DNA of 64,000 bases, from assembly GCA_965371785.1 (NCBI GenBank), contig CBDUZS010000005.1, positions 3,410-67,409 on the forward strand, read 5' to 3'. Made by a program: the position numbers and the translations under genes. Shown in pieces: positions 62,808-64,000 of the stretch; within the stretch, counting starts at the first letter, position 1; the number at the start of each line of letters is the position of its first letter. The stretch comes from an uncultured bacterium (lineage in GTDB: Bacteria; Fermentibacterota; Fermentibacteria; Fermentibacterales; JCC-6). The notes beneath the pieces are model-generated. The model saw nothing but the letters and a program-made list of their open reading frames with translations, had not been told where the DNA came from and ran no database searches.

Positions 62808-63815
62808 TTAGCGCAGTACTGTCACCGATTCGGTTACGTGCGCTCCCGTGTCCGTTACGAGCCTTACGAAGTAGATGCCCGCCTCGTCGACATCGAAGCT
62901 GTTCTGTTCCCCTGCAGGAGCTGAACCGATGATTCGCCCCGAGATGTCGTAAACAGACAGTGTGCCCTGAACGCCATCGGGAAGAAGAGGTGTCACGCTG
63001 ATTGCGCCGTTACACGGGTTCGGGCCCGTCAGGAGCATAGGTTCGGCAAATGCCGGATCGTCACCCCCGATGCCCGTTACGAGATCCATGAACTTGGCCC
63101 AGTGAGCGTTCATGACTTCCTTGCTCGAAGGACCAATCTGCTGAACGAAAGTAGTCAGATAAAGCTCATCGTTCACCCATGCAGTGATATCGTAGTCGAA
63201 CTCGAAGTAGAGCGTATCGGGATATGGGCCGGTGAATTCGACCAGTTCACCGTATGGAAGTGTCGCAAGATTATCCCTGAAAGCCTGCTCGAATACCGAT
63301 CCTGACCAGTAGCCGGCTCCGGGTACGTTGTTTTCGACTATTACCGAGAAAATTCTCATGTTCGCCTGGTTCTGCAGGTCCTGCTCTGCTATTAGCCTGA
63401 CACCGATTGTACCGGTCTGGTCATCCCCGTTCCTGACGACGTGAATTGCAAGGTACGTTGGAACGGCAGCCCTCGTGTTGAACGCGTTCTGAAGCGTGTA
63501 GGCACTGGGAGTAAGAACCCCATCCATCTTGAACGTTGGGACGGAGCTGACGCCATATACCGCTTTCCTCGCATTCTGTTCGGTGGGATTTGCCAGGTAG
63601 ATCGGATCGTTGCTTGCCGGCCAGTTGACATGAACACGCATTGTGGCAAGATCACCCGCGGCAAGATGACCGTTGACGAAAGAATTGACCTGTGTTTCCA
63701 CGTTCCAGCAAGGACCGCAGCCGGAGTTCGTGAAGTCTTCGAAGAGTACAACCCTGTCAGCCGCGAAGACACAGGTGAAGAGAAGACAGACCGTTAAAGG
63801 AAGTGCATATTTCAT
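62808..63815 (-). CDS. Secreted thioredoxin-fold (CGPC) protein with a T9SS-type C-terminal sorting domain; Cys paralog of the selenoprotein candidate
   Basis: The signal peptide is MKYALPLTVCLLFTCVFA. 'RVVLFEDFTNSGCGPCW' is present. The C-terminus is 'GPNPCNGAISV...LSVYDISGRII...GIYFVRLVTDTGAHVTESVTVLR'. Confidence 0.8.
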   Translation of the reverse strand: MKYALPLTVCLLFTCVFAADRVVLFEDFTNSGCGPCWNVETQVNSFVNGHLAAGDLATMRVHVNWPASNDPIYLANPTEQNARKAVYGVSSVPTFKMDGVLTPSAYTLQNAFNTRAAVPTYLAIHVVRNGDDQTGTIGVRLIAEQDLQNQANMRIFSVIVENNVPGAGYWSGSVFEQAFRDNLATLPYGELVEFTGPYPDTLYFEFDYDITAWVNDELYLTTFVQQIGPSSKEVMNAHWAKFMDLVTGIGGDDPAFAEPMLLTGPNPCNGAISVTPLLPDGVQGTLSVYDISGRIIGSAPAGEQNSFDVDEAGIYFVRLVTDTGAHVTESVTVLR

Positions 63816-64000
63816 TACGTATCCTTTCGTGTTCGAAAAACACCATAGCCTGAAATACCGTATACAGTATGTAGGAAACTGGTCGTCTGGACAATGGATA
63901 CTGGATCAGCTCCTGCATCGATCTCGGAAAGCTGTTGAGTTAGAGCGTGTACAGCATGCGATAAAACCATTTACAGACTTCATAGCAGTGTAGACAAACC

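Noticed and set aside
1-64000. I searched by eye for CRISPR arrays, rRNA genes, IS elements, transposases, integrases, prophage genes, toxin-antitoxin pairs and known defence-system genes.
   Set aside because: No regularly spaced direct repeats were seen, and no translations with recombinase, transposase, Cas, restriction or helicase-nuclease motifs. The only repeat-like structure is the tandem lipoprotein gene duplication at 56423..57680.

Overview
The window is 64 kb of densely coding bacterial chromosome, roughly 55-58% GC by eye. I found no rRNA, CRISPR array, transposase or integrase. All family assignments come from reading motifs in the supplied translations; no searches were run. Several large secreted proteins carry T9SS-type C-terminal sorting domains. 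Together with a PorV/PorQ-like barrel and two GWxTD proteins, this suggests an uncultivated member of the FCB-type group (inference).

Gene content in order:
- a 5'-truncated GlmL/MutL-like ATPase plus a coupled unknown gene
- a translationally coupled four-gene membrane module of unknown function
- a long same-strand cluster: TonB-dependent receptor, ExbB, ExbD, ExbD, TonB, secreted cargo, PorV-like protein, two GWxTD proteins, a second cargo and a lipoprotein
- housekeeping genes: murA, pth, ctc, tRNA-Gln, ispE, rsmI, tmk, pyrE, dtd, maf
- an inositol-1-phosphate synthase paired with a CDP-alcohol phosphatidyltransferase
- the classical yceD-rpmF-plsX-fabH-fabG-acpP-fabF-rnc cluster, here without fabD
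- an acyl-CoA dehydrogenase with EtfB and a ferredoxin-fused EtfA
- assorted secreted proteins and lipoproteins

The strongest finding is at 61612..62613 on the minus strand. Two ORFs that the track shows as split are joined by an in-frame TGA. That TGA aligns exactly with the first Cys of the CGPC motif in the paralog immediately upstream. Stem-loops follow the TGA at a plausible SECIS position. This makes it a candidate secreted UxxC selenoprotein.

Other points worth a second look:
- the internally duplicated four-gene membrane module
- an rnc gene whose catalytic signature lies upstream of any canonical start codon
- tandem NTF2-like lipoprotein paralogs
- an atypical secreted TPR-PEGA-TonB_C protein
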